Assembly: GCA_002269645.1 (NCBI GenBank)
Contig: NIVC01000504.1
Location: 124,001-188,000 of the forward strand
DNA from: Macrostomum lignano
Lineage: Eukaryota
Reading direction: 5' to 3'
Length of the DNA stretch: 64,000 nt
The translations under genes were made by a program, and so were the position numbers. Under the pieces are notes generated by a model, which was not told the origin of the DNA, searched no databases, and saw only the letters and a program-made list of their open reading frames with translations. Shown here piece by piece: positions 29,145 through 42,087 of this stretch. Every line of letters starts with the position of its first letter. Within the stretch, counting starts at the first letter, position 1.

Positions 29145-32100
29145 ATGGCCGACGCATCGAGAAGGTGAGCCAATTTTGACGAATCTATCAAGGACTGAAA
29201 GTGACAGATGGTTCAGATGGATTGATGGACTGATGGATGGTTCAGATGGATTGATGGACTGATGGATGGTTCGGATGGATTGATGGACTATGGATGGTTC
29301 AGATGGATTGATGGACTGATGGATGGTTCGGATGGATTGATGGACTATGGATGGTTCAGATGGATTGATGGACTATGGATGGTTCAGATGGATTGATGGA
29401 CTATGGATGGTTCAGATGGATTGATGGACTGATGGATGGTTCGGATGGATTGATGGACTATGGATGGTTCAGATGGATTGATGGACTATGGATGGTTCAG
29501 ATGGATTGATGGACTGATGGATGGTTCAGATGGATTGATGGACTGATGGATGGTTCGGATGGATTGATGGACTATGGATGGTTCAGATGGATTGATGGAC
29601 TGATGGATGGTTCGGATGGATTGATGGACTATGGATGGTTCAGATGGATTGATGGACTATGGATGGTTCAGATGGATTGATGGACTGATGGATGGTTCGG
29701 ATGGATTGATGGACTGATGGATGGTTCGGATGGATTGATGGACTATGGATGGTTCAGATGGATTGATGGACTGATGGATGGTTCGGATGGATTGATGGAC
29801 TATGGATGGTTCAGATGGATTGATGGACTATGGATGGTTCAGATGGATTGATGGACTGATGGATGGTTCGGATGGATTGATGGACTATGGATGGTTCAGA
29901 TGGATTGATGGACTGATGGATGGTTCGGATGGATTGATGGACTATGGATGGTTCAGATGGATTGATGGACTGATGGATGGTTCAGATGGATTGATGGACT
30001 GATGGATGGTTCGGATGGATTGATGGACTATGGATGGTTCAGATGGATTGATGGACTGATGGATGGTTCGGATGGATTGATGGACTATGGATGGTTCAGA
30101 TGGATTGATGGACTGATGGATGGTTCAGATGGATTGATGGACTATGGATGGTTCAGATGGATTGATGGACTGATGGATGGTTCAAATGGAGTGAAAAGTT
30201 CTCAGAAGAGATAGCTTTATGAGTTCTTGGAAATTTCTGCAGGCTTACTATTTGTTCTAATTAAGGCTCGTTCGCACCAAATTGGCAGAAATCTTATTTT
30301 ACAAATGCTGTGTCTGACAGAAGATTACTATCTGCTTTCATTAATAAAGACAGAAAAAATACATAGTTTAAAGTGCATTAGATTGTTCAAACGGCCAATG
30401 TCGATCAGTGATGAGAATTACACTGTATATAATGTATTTCGGTGACTTTTTCCAATTGTATTCAATTTTCTTTTTTATTTTTCAGTCAAAGCAAAACTAA
30501 AAATCGAGGAAAGCACCGAATTCCGAAATCGAAACTATTCAAAGTTACACGTCCAGAATCTATTAAGCCGGGCACCGCCATCGCATTCTCAAACGGCCTG
30601 GTTCGGCAGCACGCTCTGGTTCTCGGGCCGGACAAAGTCAAGGTGCAGAATGGCTACATCGAAGTTGAGTTGATATACTTTCGACATCATCGTTTACCTT
30701 CCAGGCTTAAGCTCATACCTGTGAAGAAGCGACTCAAGATTGACAAGATTCGCCGGATCGAGTACGAGTCTGGAGAGCCGCAACCTTCAGCTGTAGCTCG
30801 AGCACTCTCGCGTAAATACGAACAAGGCCACCATATCCAATGGAACAACTCCAGGCACTTTGTCAGGTGGTGCTGCATCGAGCATCCCAGCAACCGGGAG
30901 CAGTGCCGAGTGCCAATCGATGATTTGAGACAGCTGATGGTTGACAAGGGATCCAGGACTGAAAATGAAGTCGTAGAGAATTTGTTCACCGGGTGTCACA
31001 TCGAGTTTACCCGTCTCGTACCGCTGACAAACATTCGCCTCTACAGCCATCACGCGTATCTGCACGAGCTGAAGATCCTTCAAGACGGACTGGCCGAGGG
31101 CGCCATGTACGAGAAGGGAACCTTGCATCCAAAAGTGTGTGAAAAGACAGTTGATCTCAGCAATGCAACGATCAAGTTGGTCAAGTACTCCGGTTTCAAG
31201 AAGCTGACTGGAGAGCTGGGCGAGACGAGGCTCAGGCAGGTCGAAGGTCGAACGTTTCTTGACGTCAGAGACCGCACGAAGGCTGGCAGCAAAGTGAGAG
31301 ACTCCGACTTCTGCTTCTGGTTCATGACGGGCGCTGATCTAGAATATTTGTTTGGCCGCAGGTTGAAGCAGCTGCAGAAGAACGTTAACGAGCTGGCCAA
31401 ACTTAAAGTTTTGTACGAGCACTCTGACACTTTTGCCAGAATCGAGAGTGCAACTCTTGAAAAGTTGAGAGACGGGGGAAGCCAGCCTCTGGAGCCGTTC
31501 AGCCACCTGATTGTCGAGACAAAAGAGACGCGATGCCGCTGCAGTGAAAAGACTCAAGTGCGCCACTACGTATTTAAAAACTGGAGCGAAAATTCCCGAG
31601 ACAAGATGGAAGCCGTCACTTACGCCGTTACCAAAGACGCGTGCTGTCTGCAGACAGAAGTTCAAGAAGTGAAATCCATCGTTAGAGTCACTGGATCGAA
31701 CCAGGTAGTCAAGGTCGTTGACGACCAGCACCCAGAGTCAAAGACTGTGAAAACAAATTTCGAAGCTCTAACAAAAGAAGACAAAAAGTACAATCTACTC
31801 TGCAATAACTGCGAGCACCTCGTCAACCAATTGAAGTACGGAGAGAAAAGCAGCAAGCAAGTGGAGTGTTGCTTGCCAGGAAGCAAAATGAGAATCTTTG
31901 GCGGTGCGATCTGGACCTTATTAAGAAGCGCAAGCTATTTCGCATCCTCGATTCCGAACGCATCGTACTGGCCGGAAGTTGGCGTTGGCATCTTCGTCCT
32001 GGTTGTGATGGCTTTGCAGCTGATTTATCTGCGTTGCTCAAGGCGTTGGAACTCAGTCTCGTGCGACGAACGCCAACAGCGCGTCGCTAACATCGTTTTG

Positions 32101-32400
32101 CCGTCGTCGTTTGCTTTGGCCGCGATTGGTTTAGGCGTCATATTGACGGAGCTGACCGTTGTCAAAGATATGGTATGGTGGCGGAGATTACTCATCGTTG
32201 CTGGAATCGGGTTATTTTTCCTGTTGCTGGGCAGCGTTCTGGCAAGAATTCCTTCTCTGTGCAGGTCGAGTCTCTGCTATGTTTGTTGCGAAAATCAAGC
32301 CAAAGAAAGTGACGAAAGAAGTCAAAATTATGCTACAGACCTGGAAACAGGAGCTTATATAGCCTTAAGTGTCTCAAATGAACATAGCCAAAAACAATAA
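29145..32400 (+). CDS. Triple LRAT/NC-domain (permuted NlpC/P60, PLAAT-like) protein with C-terminal transmembrane helices, ~644 aa
   Basis: join(29145..29164,30486..32400): mini-exon MADASR + AG|GTGAGC (phase 2) matches acceptor TTTTCAG|T. Canonical NC box KYNLLCNNCEHLVNQLKYGEKSSKQV in the third unit; degenerate boxes WNNSRHFVRWC (unit 1) and RDSDFCFWFMTG (unit 2); H-box-like GxxI...H segments. About 3 hydrophobic helices at the C-terminus. Confidence 0.75.
29205..30185. repeat. 28/29-bp minisatellite (intron of the LRAT-domain gene)
   Basis: Unit GATGGATTGATGGACT(G)ATGGATGGTTC(A/G). Confidence 0.95.
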
Positions 32401-33997
32401 AAGCTGCATTGCAGCATCCTAAAAAACTCACTGATCAATCAAGGTCCCTTTTGTATTGAAACTTTTTACGAGCGTATTAATCAAAACCAATTGTTTCTAC
32501 ACTTTAAGCGTTAGTTTTGATTTTCACAAAAGTGAAAGCTACTTAGCTACCAATTGTTCTTCTCTGCACAAGAAATTTTTACTTAATGCTTATTTACACT
32601 ATAGTGTTTTGTACTTTAAAGTTTCTCTACACAGTTTTTGTTATAAGACTATACACGCTTTGACAATTTTTACTTAGAATTAGAGCTTTAGCTACACCTG
32701 CTTCGGTATGAATTATCGCAATGATCAACATGACTTACAGAATTACAGATGATTACAACAGATTATGAAACTTGATCGTTCTTTGTGTCAATTGTCTACT
32801 GAAAGCAACCATATATAAATAAAGTAGCTGCATTGGAAGCTTGTTTTTAAAAGCGATCTTCTATTTGGTTCAATGGTAGCGATAATAATATTTGCAGGTG
32901 GGCTGTGGGGTCACCCTGATGCAACGCCTTCGGCGAAATCACCCCGCAACCAGCGCTGAGGAAATTTTGCTCATTCCGTTGACTCCTGAGCAAACAGAAG
33001 CGCGCCAAAAACTATCAGGACTCAGTAAAACTATGTGATTGCTTGCGATTTGAAACACGAATTATATGGCCTATTTTCTACTGTCTATTAGCTAACCAAA
33101 GAAATGAGACTTTTTTCGTTATTTCAGTGTTGTGATTTCTTCCTTGATTTCAAAAGCAAAATTTGGGTGCATTGCAAAGAGTCCAGTAGAGTCCAGATTC
33201 ACCATGGACGAAGAACTGAAATCACAGGGGCAGTTTTGTCATTTTGCTATCAATTTGGCTTATTTGCCAAGCATTAAACTCCAAACCAGTTAAGTATGCT
33301 CTTTTCTAATTAGCTACGTCTTCCTGCTATGTATCACAATAGCTCGCAGTTAAAACAAAATTGATTTCTGCTGTCTATGGCTTTCTACGTAAAACAGACA
33401 GACGTACGCTGTACTGTCGGCTGACGGTCACGCGCACCAATTTGAATGAGGAAAAAACAAAATTGAAGTGGAAAATGTATAACATCTAACCATTTTTTAC
33501 AATAATTCTACACTGATGTCATCCAGCAATGTCATTATCGATTGAAATCAATCCAGAGGCAGCCGAGGCGAATGAAAAGACGACTGAGTCGCCTACGATG
33601 GAAAGAGCTGAATTTTTCTGGCAATGTGAATAACTTTCCCATTTGGACTGACTTATACGTTTTAATGCAGTTTGCTAAACGCAATTCACGTTTTATTCTG
33701 GATGTTTGCATGACTCCATTTTAAATTTTTTTTAATGTGGCATCGGGGTAAATGCTTCTGTAAATAGCTTCAAATGGGCTCTGAGTTATGTAGCAAGCAA
33801 GCAAGCGCGACTACAGAAAGCCATCTCACCCCAAAGCGTTGCATGTTTGACTTTGATCAACAAGCTGGATTTACTGTGGATTCTTTTTTTCTGAGCGACT
33901 TTTCTACGCGTGTATAAAGGTTTTAACTTGAGCTTTGTTTCCAAGCTGCTTTGCACCACGATCGCAAGAAGAATATCGCTCAAAAAACAAAGCAATA

Positions 33998-36900
33998 ATG
34001 AATTTTACTGCTCAGATTCTCTGTTTTACTATAATAATTAATGTCTTTGGTAAGTGACATCAAGTTTGAGTCGAATATTTAATGCTTATGATTCAACCAG
34101 ATCTATCACATGATCCACTAAGATTTGTCACATGATCCACCTAGATCTGTCACATGATCCACTAAGATTTGTCACATGATCCACCTAGATCTGTTACATG
34201 ATCCTCCTAGATGTGTCACATGATCCATTCTCATTTGTCACATGATCCATTCTCATCTGTCACATGATCCATTCTCATCTGTCACATGATCCATTCTCAT
34301 CTGTCACATGATCCATTCTCATCTGTCACATGATTCATTATCATCTGTCACATGATCCATTCTCATCTGTCACATGATCCATTCTGATCTGTCACATGAT
34401 CCATTCTCATCTGTCACATGATCCATTCTCATTTGTCACATGATCCATTCTCATCTGTCACATTATCCACTCTTATCTGTCAAATTTCCACTCTCATCTG
34501 TCACATTATCCACTCTTATCTGTCAAATGTCCATTCTCATCTGTCACATCAAAAAATTGCAGGTTGTGCTAACGGCTATGTCTGGTTTGTCGGGTCGGAG
34601 CAAGACGTTCTGCTCAACTCCAGCATCAAAAGTGACGTCATAAACGTTACCGGAGTCGCTTCGGTAGTTGATTGTCTGGCTCTGTGCCAAGAGAACCTGG
34701 GCGTTCTCGCGGCCATGAGCAAAGCCGAGAAACTCTGTCGAATTGTCAAGGTTTTCGACGCGTTGAATTCAACGGGACCGCCCGGAGTTCACGCTGATCG
34801 ACTGATTCAAGCGGAGCTCGGAGACCGCGTCTGGCTGGCTGAGAGCTTTGAAAGCCTCACGTTTAACTACTCGATTCGAGTGTTCACCAGTAATTATCAC
34901 TGAACTGATTGGGGATTATCACTGATTGGGGATTATCACTGATTGGGGATTATCACTGATTGGGGATTATCACTGATTGGGGATTATCACTGATTGGGAA
35001 TTATCACTGATTGGGGATTATCACTGATTGGGAATTATCACTGATTGGGGATTATCACTGATTGGGGATTGTCACTGATTGGGGATTATCACTGATTGGG
35101 GATTATCACTGATTGGGGATCATCACTGATTGGGGATTATCACTGATTGGGGATCATCACTGATTGGGGATTATCACTGATTGGGGATTATCACTGATTG
35201 GGGATTATCACTGATTGGGGATTATCACTGATTGGGGATCATCACTGATTGGGGATTGTCACTGATTGGGGATTATCACTGATTGGGGATTATCACTGAT
35301 TGGGGATTATCACTGATTGGGGATTATCACTGATTGGGGATTATCACTGATTGGGGATTATCACTGATTGGGGAATATCACTGATTGGGGAATATCACTG
35401 ATTGGGGATTATCACTGATTGGGGATTGTCACTGATTGGGGATTATCACTGATTGGGGATTATCACTGATTGGGGATTATCACTGATTGGGGATTATCAC
35501 TGATTGGGGATTGTCACTGATTGGGGAATATCACTGATTGGGGATTATCACTGATTGGGGATTATCACTGATTGGGGATTATCACTGATTGGGGATTATC
35601 ACTGATTGGGGATTATCACTGATTGGGGACTATCACTGATTGGGGATTATCACTGATTGGGGATTATCACTGATCGGGGATTATCACTGATTGGGGATTA
35701 TCACTGATTGGGGATTATCACTGATTGGGGATTATCACTGATTGGGGATTATCACTGATTGGGGATTATCACGGATTGGGGATTATCACGGATTGGGGAT
35801 TATCACTCAAACGAACTCCGCAGACAGCTCCGGCAGGAACGGCTCCATCCAGCTCGCTCTGATCAACGTCACCGGCTGCTACCGCATCGAGTTGGCCGGA
35901 GCCAAAGGCGGCGACAACCCGTTCAAACCGACTCTGGGAGGTTTCGGTGCCGTCACAGCTGGCAGCTTCAACCTGACAGCCGGCACCCGGCTCTCCATCG
36001 TGGTCGAACAAGCGGGCGCTCCTGCTAGTTCGTCAGGAACCGGAGCCGGCGGCGGTGGAGGCAGCTACGTGTACCGGACTGCGGATCAGCAGCTGCTGAT
36101 TGCGGCTGGCGGTGGCGGTGGCGGCTGCTCATCTAATCGAAAATTTGGTAATTCAATTCTCTTTTTAAAGAAAAGTTGTGCTTTAAACTGACAAAGTCGT
36201 GCTTTTATTGACAAGGTGGACAACCCGGTCAGATGGGCACGGCTGGGACAGACTCCATCGGTGGTTTCGACTCAAACAAAGGCTTCGGTGGCGCCAACGG
36301 GCAGCCGGGGCTCAACAATCCGAACGGTACTGTGAGAAATGCGTTCCACGGCGGCTGCGGCGCCGGCTGGCTGGGCCGGGCCGTCAACCCGAGGCGAAGC
36401 TCTGGCGACGGCGAGCGAGGCGGCGATCTGGCTGACGGATGGGTCGGCGGCAGAGCTGGAGACGAAGGCACCGGCGACGGCGGCTTCGGCGGCGGCGGCG
36501 GCGGCACAGATGCGGACCGAAGAGGAGCCGGCGGAGCTGGCGGAGGCTTCAGCGGAGGCGGAGCCGGATTGGGTATGTCTCATTCCGGAGGCTTCAGCGG
36601 AGGCGGAGCCGGATCGGGTATGTCTCATTTCGGAGGCTTCAGCGGAGGCAGAGCCGGATTGGGTATGTCTCATTCCGGAGGCTTCAGCGGAGGCAGAGCC
36701 GGATTGGGTATGTCTCATTTCGGAGGCTTCAGCGGAGGCAGAGCCGGATTGGGTATGTCTCATTCCGGAGGCTTCAGCGGAGGCAGAGCCGGATTGGGTA
36801 TGTCTCATTTCGGAGGCTTCAGCGGAGGCAGAGCCGGATTGGGTATGTCTCATTCCGGAGGCTTCAGCGGAGGCAGAGCCGGATTGGGTATGTCTCATTT

Positions 36901-37198
36901 CGGAGGCTTCAGCGGAGGCAGAGCCGGATTGGGTATGTCTCATTCCGGAGGCTTCAGCGGAGGCGGAGCCGGATTGGGTATGTCTCATTCCAGAGGCTTC
37001 AGCGGAGGCGGAGCCGGATTGGGTATGTCTCATTCCAGAGGCTTCAGCGGAGGCGGAGCCGGATTGGGTATGTCTCATTCCGGAGGCGGCGGCGGCTCGT
37101 TCTGCAGCGGCAGCGGCTGCGCCACCGTGACGGGCGGCAACTCGGCCGACCCGCAGGGCCGCGTTGTACTGCGATTGCTGGCTGCTTCGTTCTGCTAG
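33998..37198 (+). CDS. Secreted PAN-like + ALK/LTK GRD protein, paralog 2, ~561 aa, with 12 x 15-aa internal Gly-rich repeat
   Basis: join(33998..34049,34563..34889,35824..36147,36216..37198) = 1686 nt, all introns phase 1, same exon layout as paralog 1. Hydrophobic leader MNFTAQILCFTIIINVFG; CLALCQ module; GRD motifs conserved. The exon-2 donor (CCA|GTAATT) is weak, so that boundary is less certain. Confidence 0.8.
34105..34550. repeat. 22-bp minisatellite (paralog 2 intron 1)
   Basis: Unit CACATGATCCATTCTCATCTGT. Confidence 0.92.
34893..35805. repeat. 17-bp minisatellite filling paralog 2 intron 2
   Basis: Unit ATTATCACTGATTGGGG, running from just after the donor to just before the acceptor. 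Confidence 0.97.
36542..37081 (+). repeat. Coding 45-bp tandem repeat, 12 copies
   Basis: Encodes (G/R)GFSGG(G/R)AG(L/S)GMSH(S/F) in frame within the last exon of paralog 2. Confidence 0.95.
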
Positions 37199-37578
37199 GG
37201 ATTCAATTCGAAGCACTGTCGTCGGCAACTTTTAGAAGAGAGAACGCCGAGCAAAACAAACCCTGATCATTGATAGTCAACTACTTTTCCTTCAGAAAGT
37301 TTAGATAAACTTTTTGGATTTTACTGCTTTGGATTTGCTTGTTATCAACGTTTCTCGACAACATTTTTGAAGCTTTACGACCAATGAGTTTTCGTACATC
37401 GATATAATAAAATAAGTGCATTCAAAAGAAATTAATATTGTTCAAGTGTTGCTTATTTTGCTTGAAATACACGCGTTGCCAAGCACACTACTTTTAAGTA
37501 GACTGCTACGGAATTTTAATGCTTGCGCATGAGCTCCAGCACAGAACCCACCCACCCATTTTGCACCGGTCTCGAGTG

Positions 37579-37586
37579 TATAAAAG
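37579..37586 (+). promoter_or_regulatory. Candidate TATA box of the ankyrin-kinase gene
   Basis: TATAAAAG about 85 nt upstream of ATG 37665. Confidence 0.45.
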
Positions 37587-37664
37587 CGCTCAAATTGGTC
37601 CATTCTTTTCTCTGTCACTGCCTGATCTCTTTACGCTCGTATCTTTCTTAGAGAGGCTCTGAGC

Positions 37665-39825
37665 ATGGCAAATCAAACTGACTTACTCGACGCCGTTCGC
37701 GCTGCCCTCAGCAACGCGGATGCTGACAAGCTCCTTCCACTATGTCGCAAGCTGGAGTCAAACGTCGTCATCATCATCAACGGGCATGAGCAATCCGTCG
37801 CGCACCATGTTGCCGCTTTGCTCAATGGTATTCGCTGCGTTGAGGCGCTCATTAAAAAGCTGGGACCGGGCTGTCTCACCTGCATAAACAAGAGCTACAA
37901 CACCCACGTGCACCTGGCTGCCCTGTACCAAGAGCAGGACTGGATGAAAGTCATCCATCGAGCCCTCGGTTCCGATTGCTTTCATCAGCCAGGTCAATTC
38001 CAGCGCACTGCCATCCACTGGGCTGCCGAGAACAAACTGAGCAACTCCTCGCTGAAATGGCTGGTGAAAAAGCTCGGCACTGCCTGCCTCTCCGTTCGAG
38101 ACGAGCACGGCAACACTCCCGTCCACCTGGCCGCCTTGTGTCAGGGCGAAGACTCGATGCAGTTCTTCAAGTCAGTTTTGGGCTCCGACTGCTTCCATCA
38201 GCCGGGCCAGTTCCAACGGTCCGCCATCCACTGGGCAGCTACAAACGGAGTGAATAACGCCACTTGGAAATGGCTGGTTAGTGACTGCGGAAGCGACTGT
38301 CTTACCGTTAAGGACGAGCACGAGAACACGCCCATCCATCTCGCAGCTTGGAGGCAGGGCGAAGAATCGATTAAGATTTGCGCGGCGCAGCTCGGCTTCG
38401 AATGCTTCCACCAGGAAGGCCAGCACGGGCGCACCGCCGTCCACTTCGCCGCCATGAACGAGCTCTACAACAGCAGTCTCGAAGTTCTTATTTCAATTTG
38501 CGGTCCGAAATGCTTGTCAGTTAAAGACTCATATGGTACGACACCTGCTCACCTCGCTGCCCAATACAAAGACCTCGACTCATTGCGCCTCGTTGTAAAA
38601 TCTTTGGGCGACTCCGTTTTTGAACTCGTCGATAACGAGGGCAAGACGGTGGCTGACTACGCCGAGAACAACGCTGAACACAGGCACCGAATGCTCCAGT
38701 GGATCCAAGAGTACCGGAGGCAGCAGCAGTCGCTGCCGGCGAAGATGGACGACCTGCAGTTGCAGAAACAGCAACAAGAGTCGCCTAACAAAGACGGACA
38801 GCGACCGGCTAAAAAGTAAGGCCCAGACTGCCTGTCTCCCATATGTCCTTCGGTAGCATTTCAAACGTAAACTATTTTACTTTCCAGGTTGAAGATAGAC
38901 CCGAACTTCACCAAGTGGGATTTTCTACTCGACGGCCAGGGCAAGAAGCAGAAGATCGGCGAAGGCGCATTCGGCAAGGTGTACAAAGCCTTAACTGACA
39001 AACACCAGACTGTGGCAGTCAAGATTGTCTACTTGCAGGCCAACGGCGGCACCGAGTCTGTCAACGCGGCCATCGAGCGGGAACTTTTCGAAGTCTCCAT
39101 CCTGAGAGGCATGCAGCATCAAAACATTTTGAAGTTCATCAAGGCGGAGCGCTACAAAAAACGCATGCTGAGCATTTTCACTGAGCTCATCGCTGGCCAG
39201 AGTCTCTATGATTTGATGCAGAAGCAGCAAAAGCCGTTTGATGAATCTGCTGTCAAGGACTTTTCAAGACAAGTAAGCATTAAGTTTTGTTTTAAACAAG
39301 TTGTATTATAATGCTTGCCTTCATTCATGTTATCAAAACTATTACTCGATTTTACAGATTTGCACAGCCCTCAACTACCTGCACAATCGCGATCCAGCCA
39401 CGCTGCACCGGGACATCAAGTGCAGCAATATCATGCTCAACCACAAAGGCGTCATCAAGCTAATCGATTTCGGTCTGGCCAAGGAGATTCTCACTAGCAT
39501 CGTTGGCAGCTACACTTTCTGTGGCACCGTCTGTTTCATGGCCCCCGAGCTGTTCAGCAACGAGACCACAATCGTGTACTCGCCCAAGAGTGACGTGTGG
39601 GCGTTTGGCTGCACCATTTTCGAAATGCTAACCATGGATCCTCCCAATGGTGAGCTGGATTTCACCCTGATCCCAGACAGGATCATCAACTGCGCTATGC
39701 CAGATCTACCAAGAAGTGTCTCAGGCAGTCTGTGGGATTTCTACCTGCGTTGCGTGCTGAGGGATCCCAGGGGCCGGGCGGATACCGAGGAACTGCTCCA
39801 GCACGAGTTTCTGAGCGATGGCTGA
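37665..39825 (+). CDS. Ankyrin-repeat + Ser/Thr protein kinase (STE/MAP3K-like catalytic domain), ~667 aa, 3 exons
   Basis: join(37665..38815,38888..39272,39358..39825) = 2004 nt. About 8-9 ankyrin repeats (GNTPVHLAA, RTAIHWAA). Kinase motifs GEGAFGKVY, VAVK, HRDIKCSN, DFG, GTVCFMAPE and DVWAFGCTIFEM are all intact. Confidence 0.92.
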
Positions 39826-39924
39826 CAACACTTCGAAAGTTTGAAACCATGCTTTTTGTAAAGATTTTACAATGAAACTAAATTATTATGATATAATTTT
39901 ACAGCACTAATTTGTAGCCGTGAA

Positions 39925-40655
39925 CCATCAGAGACATGTTTCCGAGCATGAGTCACCATCAGAGAGATGTTCCCGAGCATGAGTCACCATCAGAGAGATG
40001 TTCCCGAGCATGAGTCACCATAGAGAGATGTTCCCGAGCATGAGTCACCATAGAGAGATGTTCCCGAGCATGAGTCACCATCAGAGAGATGTTCCCGAGC
40101 ATGAGTCACCATCAGAGAGATGTTCCCGAGCATGAGTCACCATCAGAGAGATGTTCCCGAGCATGAGTCACCATCAGAGAGATGTTCCCGAGCATGAGTC
40201 ACCATAGAGAGATGTTCTTGAGCATGAGTCACCATCAGAGAGATGTTCCCGAGCATGAGTCACCATCAGAGAGATGTTCCCGAGCATGAGTCACCATCAG
40301 AGAGATGTTCCCGAGCATGAGTCACCATCAGAGAGATGTTCCCGAGCATGAGTCACCATAGAGAGATGTTCCCGAGCATGAGTCACCATAGAGAGATGTT
40401 CCCGAGCATGAGTCACCATAGAGAGATGTTCCCGAGCATGAGTCACCATAGAGAGATGTTCCCGAGCATGAGTCACCATAGAGAGATGTTCCCGAGCATG
40501 AGTCACCATAGAGAGATGTTCCCGAGCATGAGTCACCATAGAGAGATGTTCCCGAGCATGAGTCACCATAGAGAGATGTTCCCGAGCATGAGTCACCATA
40601 GAGAGATGTTCTTGAGCATGAGTCACCATAGAGAGATGTTCTTGAGCATGAGTCA
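39925..40655. repeat. 30/31-bp minisatellite
   Basis: Unit CAT(C)AGAGAGATGTTCCCGAGCATGAGTCAC. Confidence 0.95.
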
Positions 40656-41039
40656 CTAGATTGATGTTATTAACCCAAGTATGTACTCGTACCTGCACAA
40701 ATACTGTATTGACTGAAAGTGTTAAGTTACTCTAGTATATTTTTTATATTTGTTTTATTACTAGACCACTATTTGATATTCAAACAGAAAATTTCACCCA
40801 CTGAAAACGACGAGCAGCTTTGCTCAAAAATGTTAATTTTATTGCCCCAAAATATATTAGCTTCTGTATCACCTGAAAAACTTGTTATTACCACTTTAAC
40901 ACATTTGTGCTTAAAACGCAAAAAGAGAAAAAATTACATGTAAGTAAAATTGTAAATATATAAAAATTAAAATGTTTTGAGCAAAAATTTAGTTCGATTT
41001 TGTAGTTACAATATCAAACGGTTCGACAATGACAATGGG

Positions 41040-41480
41040 AGCGACAGAGAGACAGGGGGAGAGACGAAGGGAGAGAGGGAGACAAGGGGAGAGGGAGACA
41101 AGGGAGAGAGAGACAGGGGAGAGAGAAACAGGGGAGAGAGAGACAGGGGAGAGAGAAACAGGGGAGAGAGAGACAGGGGAGAGAGAGACAGGGGAGAGAG
41201 AGACAGGGGAGAGAGAAACAGGGGAGAGAGAGACAGGGGAGAGAGAGACAGGGGAGAGAGAGACAAGGGGAAAGGGATACAATGGAGAAGGAGACTGAGG
41301 GAGAGAGGGAGACTGAGGGAAAGAGGGAGACTGAGGGGAGAGAGGGAGACAGAGGGGGAGACAGAGGGGGAGACAGAGGGGGAGACAGAGGGGGAGACAG
41401 AGGGGGAGAGGGAGACAGAGGGGGAGAGGGAGACAGAGGGGGGGAGGGAGACTGAGGGAGAGAGGGAGACAGGGAGAAAT
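41040..41480. repeat. GA-rich low-complexity/15-bp repeat
   Basis: GGGGAGAGAGAGACA-type units. Confidence 0.9.
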
Positions 41481-42087
41481 GGAATTCTGTATATGTGAAT
41501 GCCGTAGTTTGCAGAAATTGCGAGTGGCAAGCACGCAAGCACGTTATATCAGCTAAAACGCAGCCTCAAACTGTTTCATTTTAAAGTAATATTTTTCTTT
41601 AAAATGAAGTGGCTGAAGCTCAGTGTGAGAAGCCCAGGCTTTAGGTTTCTCGCGCCATATTTGTTACGAATGAGCACAAAATATTTTTTGTACTGAAACT
41701 CGGCTCGGCAAAAAGTTCAAGACAGTAAAAATAGAAACTGAAATTCATGAGGCTAAGAGCTAGAGATGGTTGAGATTGTCAGAGACACTTGACAATAGGA
41801 CCGGCCTTGAGGTAAGAAATAAGACACTTTATTTGGAGAGAGTTTAATGGGTCCAGTGTGCAAGAGTGGCAGGGGGGTTCTATTACAGAAGAGACTGCAG
41901 GCGCACCTCCCAGGTACGAGCTGATCTCATATGCACCTATGCTACATAGCTCTGTCTTACTAAGTATACAAATTTTGATTTCCAAGTTTCTGTTGCAACT
42001 TTTTGAAGAATAGACTGTTTCTGCGAATATTGCTACTTATAGTACAGTGGATCGTTTTACAACGAATAAAAATATTTACCGCACAGG

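Noticed and set aside
32890-33240. Possible exon-like segments after the LRAT gene
   Set aside because: Acceptors are present but there is no coherent open multi-exon frame or homology.
36272-37266. Overlapping ORFs in other frames and strands over the GRD exons (also 19677..20155, 45829..46411, 48544..49029)
   Set aside because: These are shadow ORFs of GC-rich Gly codons and the 45-bp repeat; only the Gly-rich frame is conserved among paralogs.
37665-39825. Ankyrin ORF and kinase ORFs as separate genes
   Set aside because: Canonical phase-compatible introns (38816..38887, 39273..39357) join them into one CDS.
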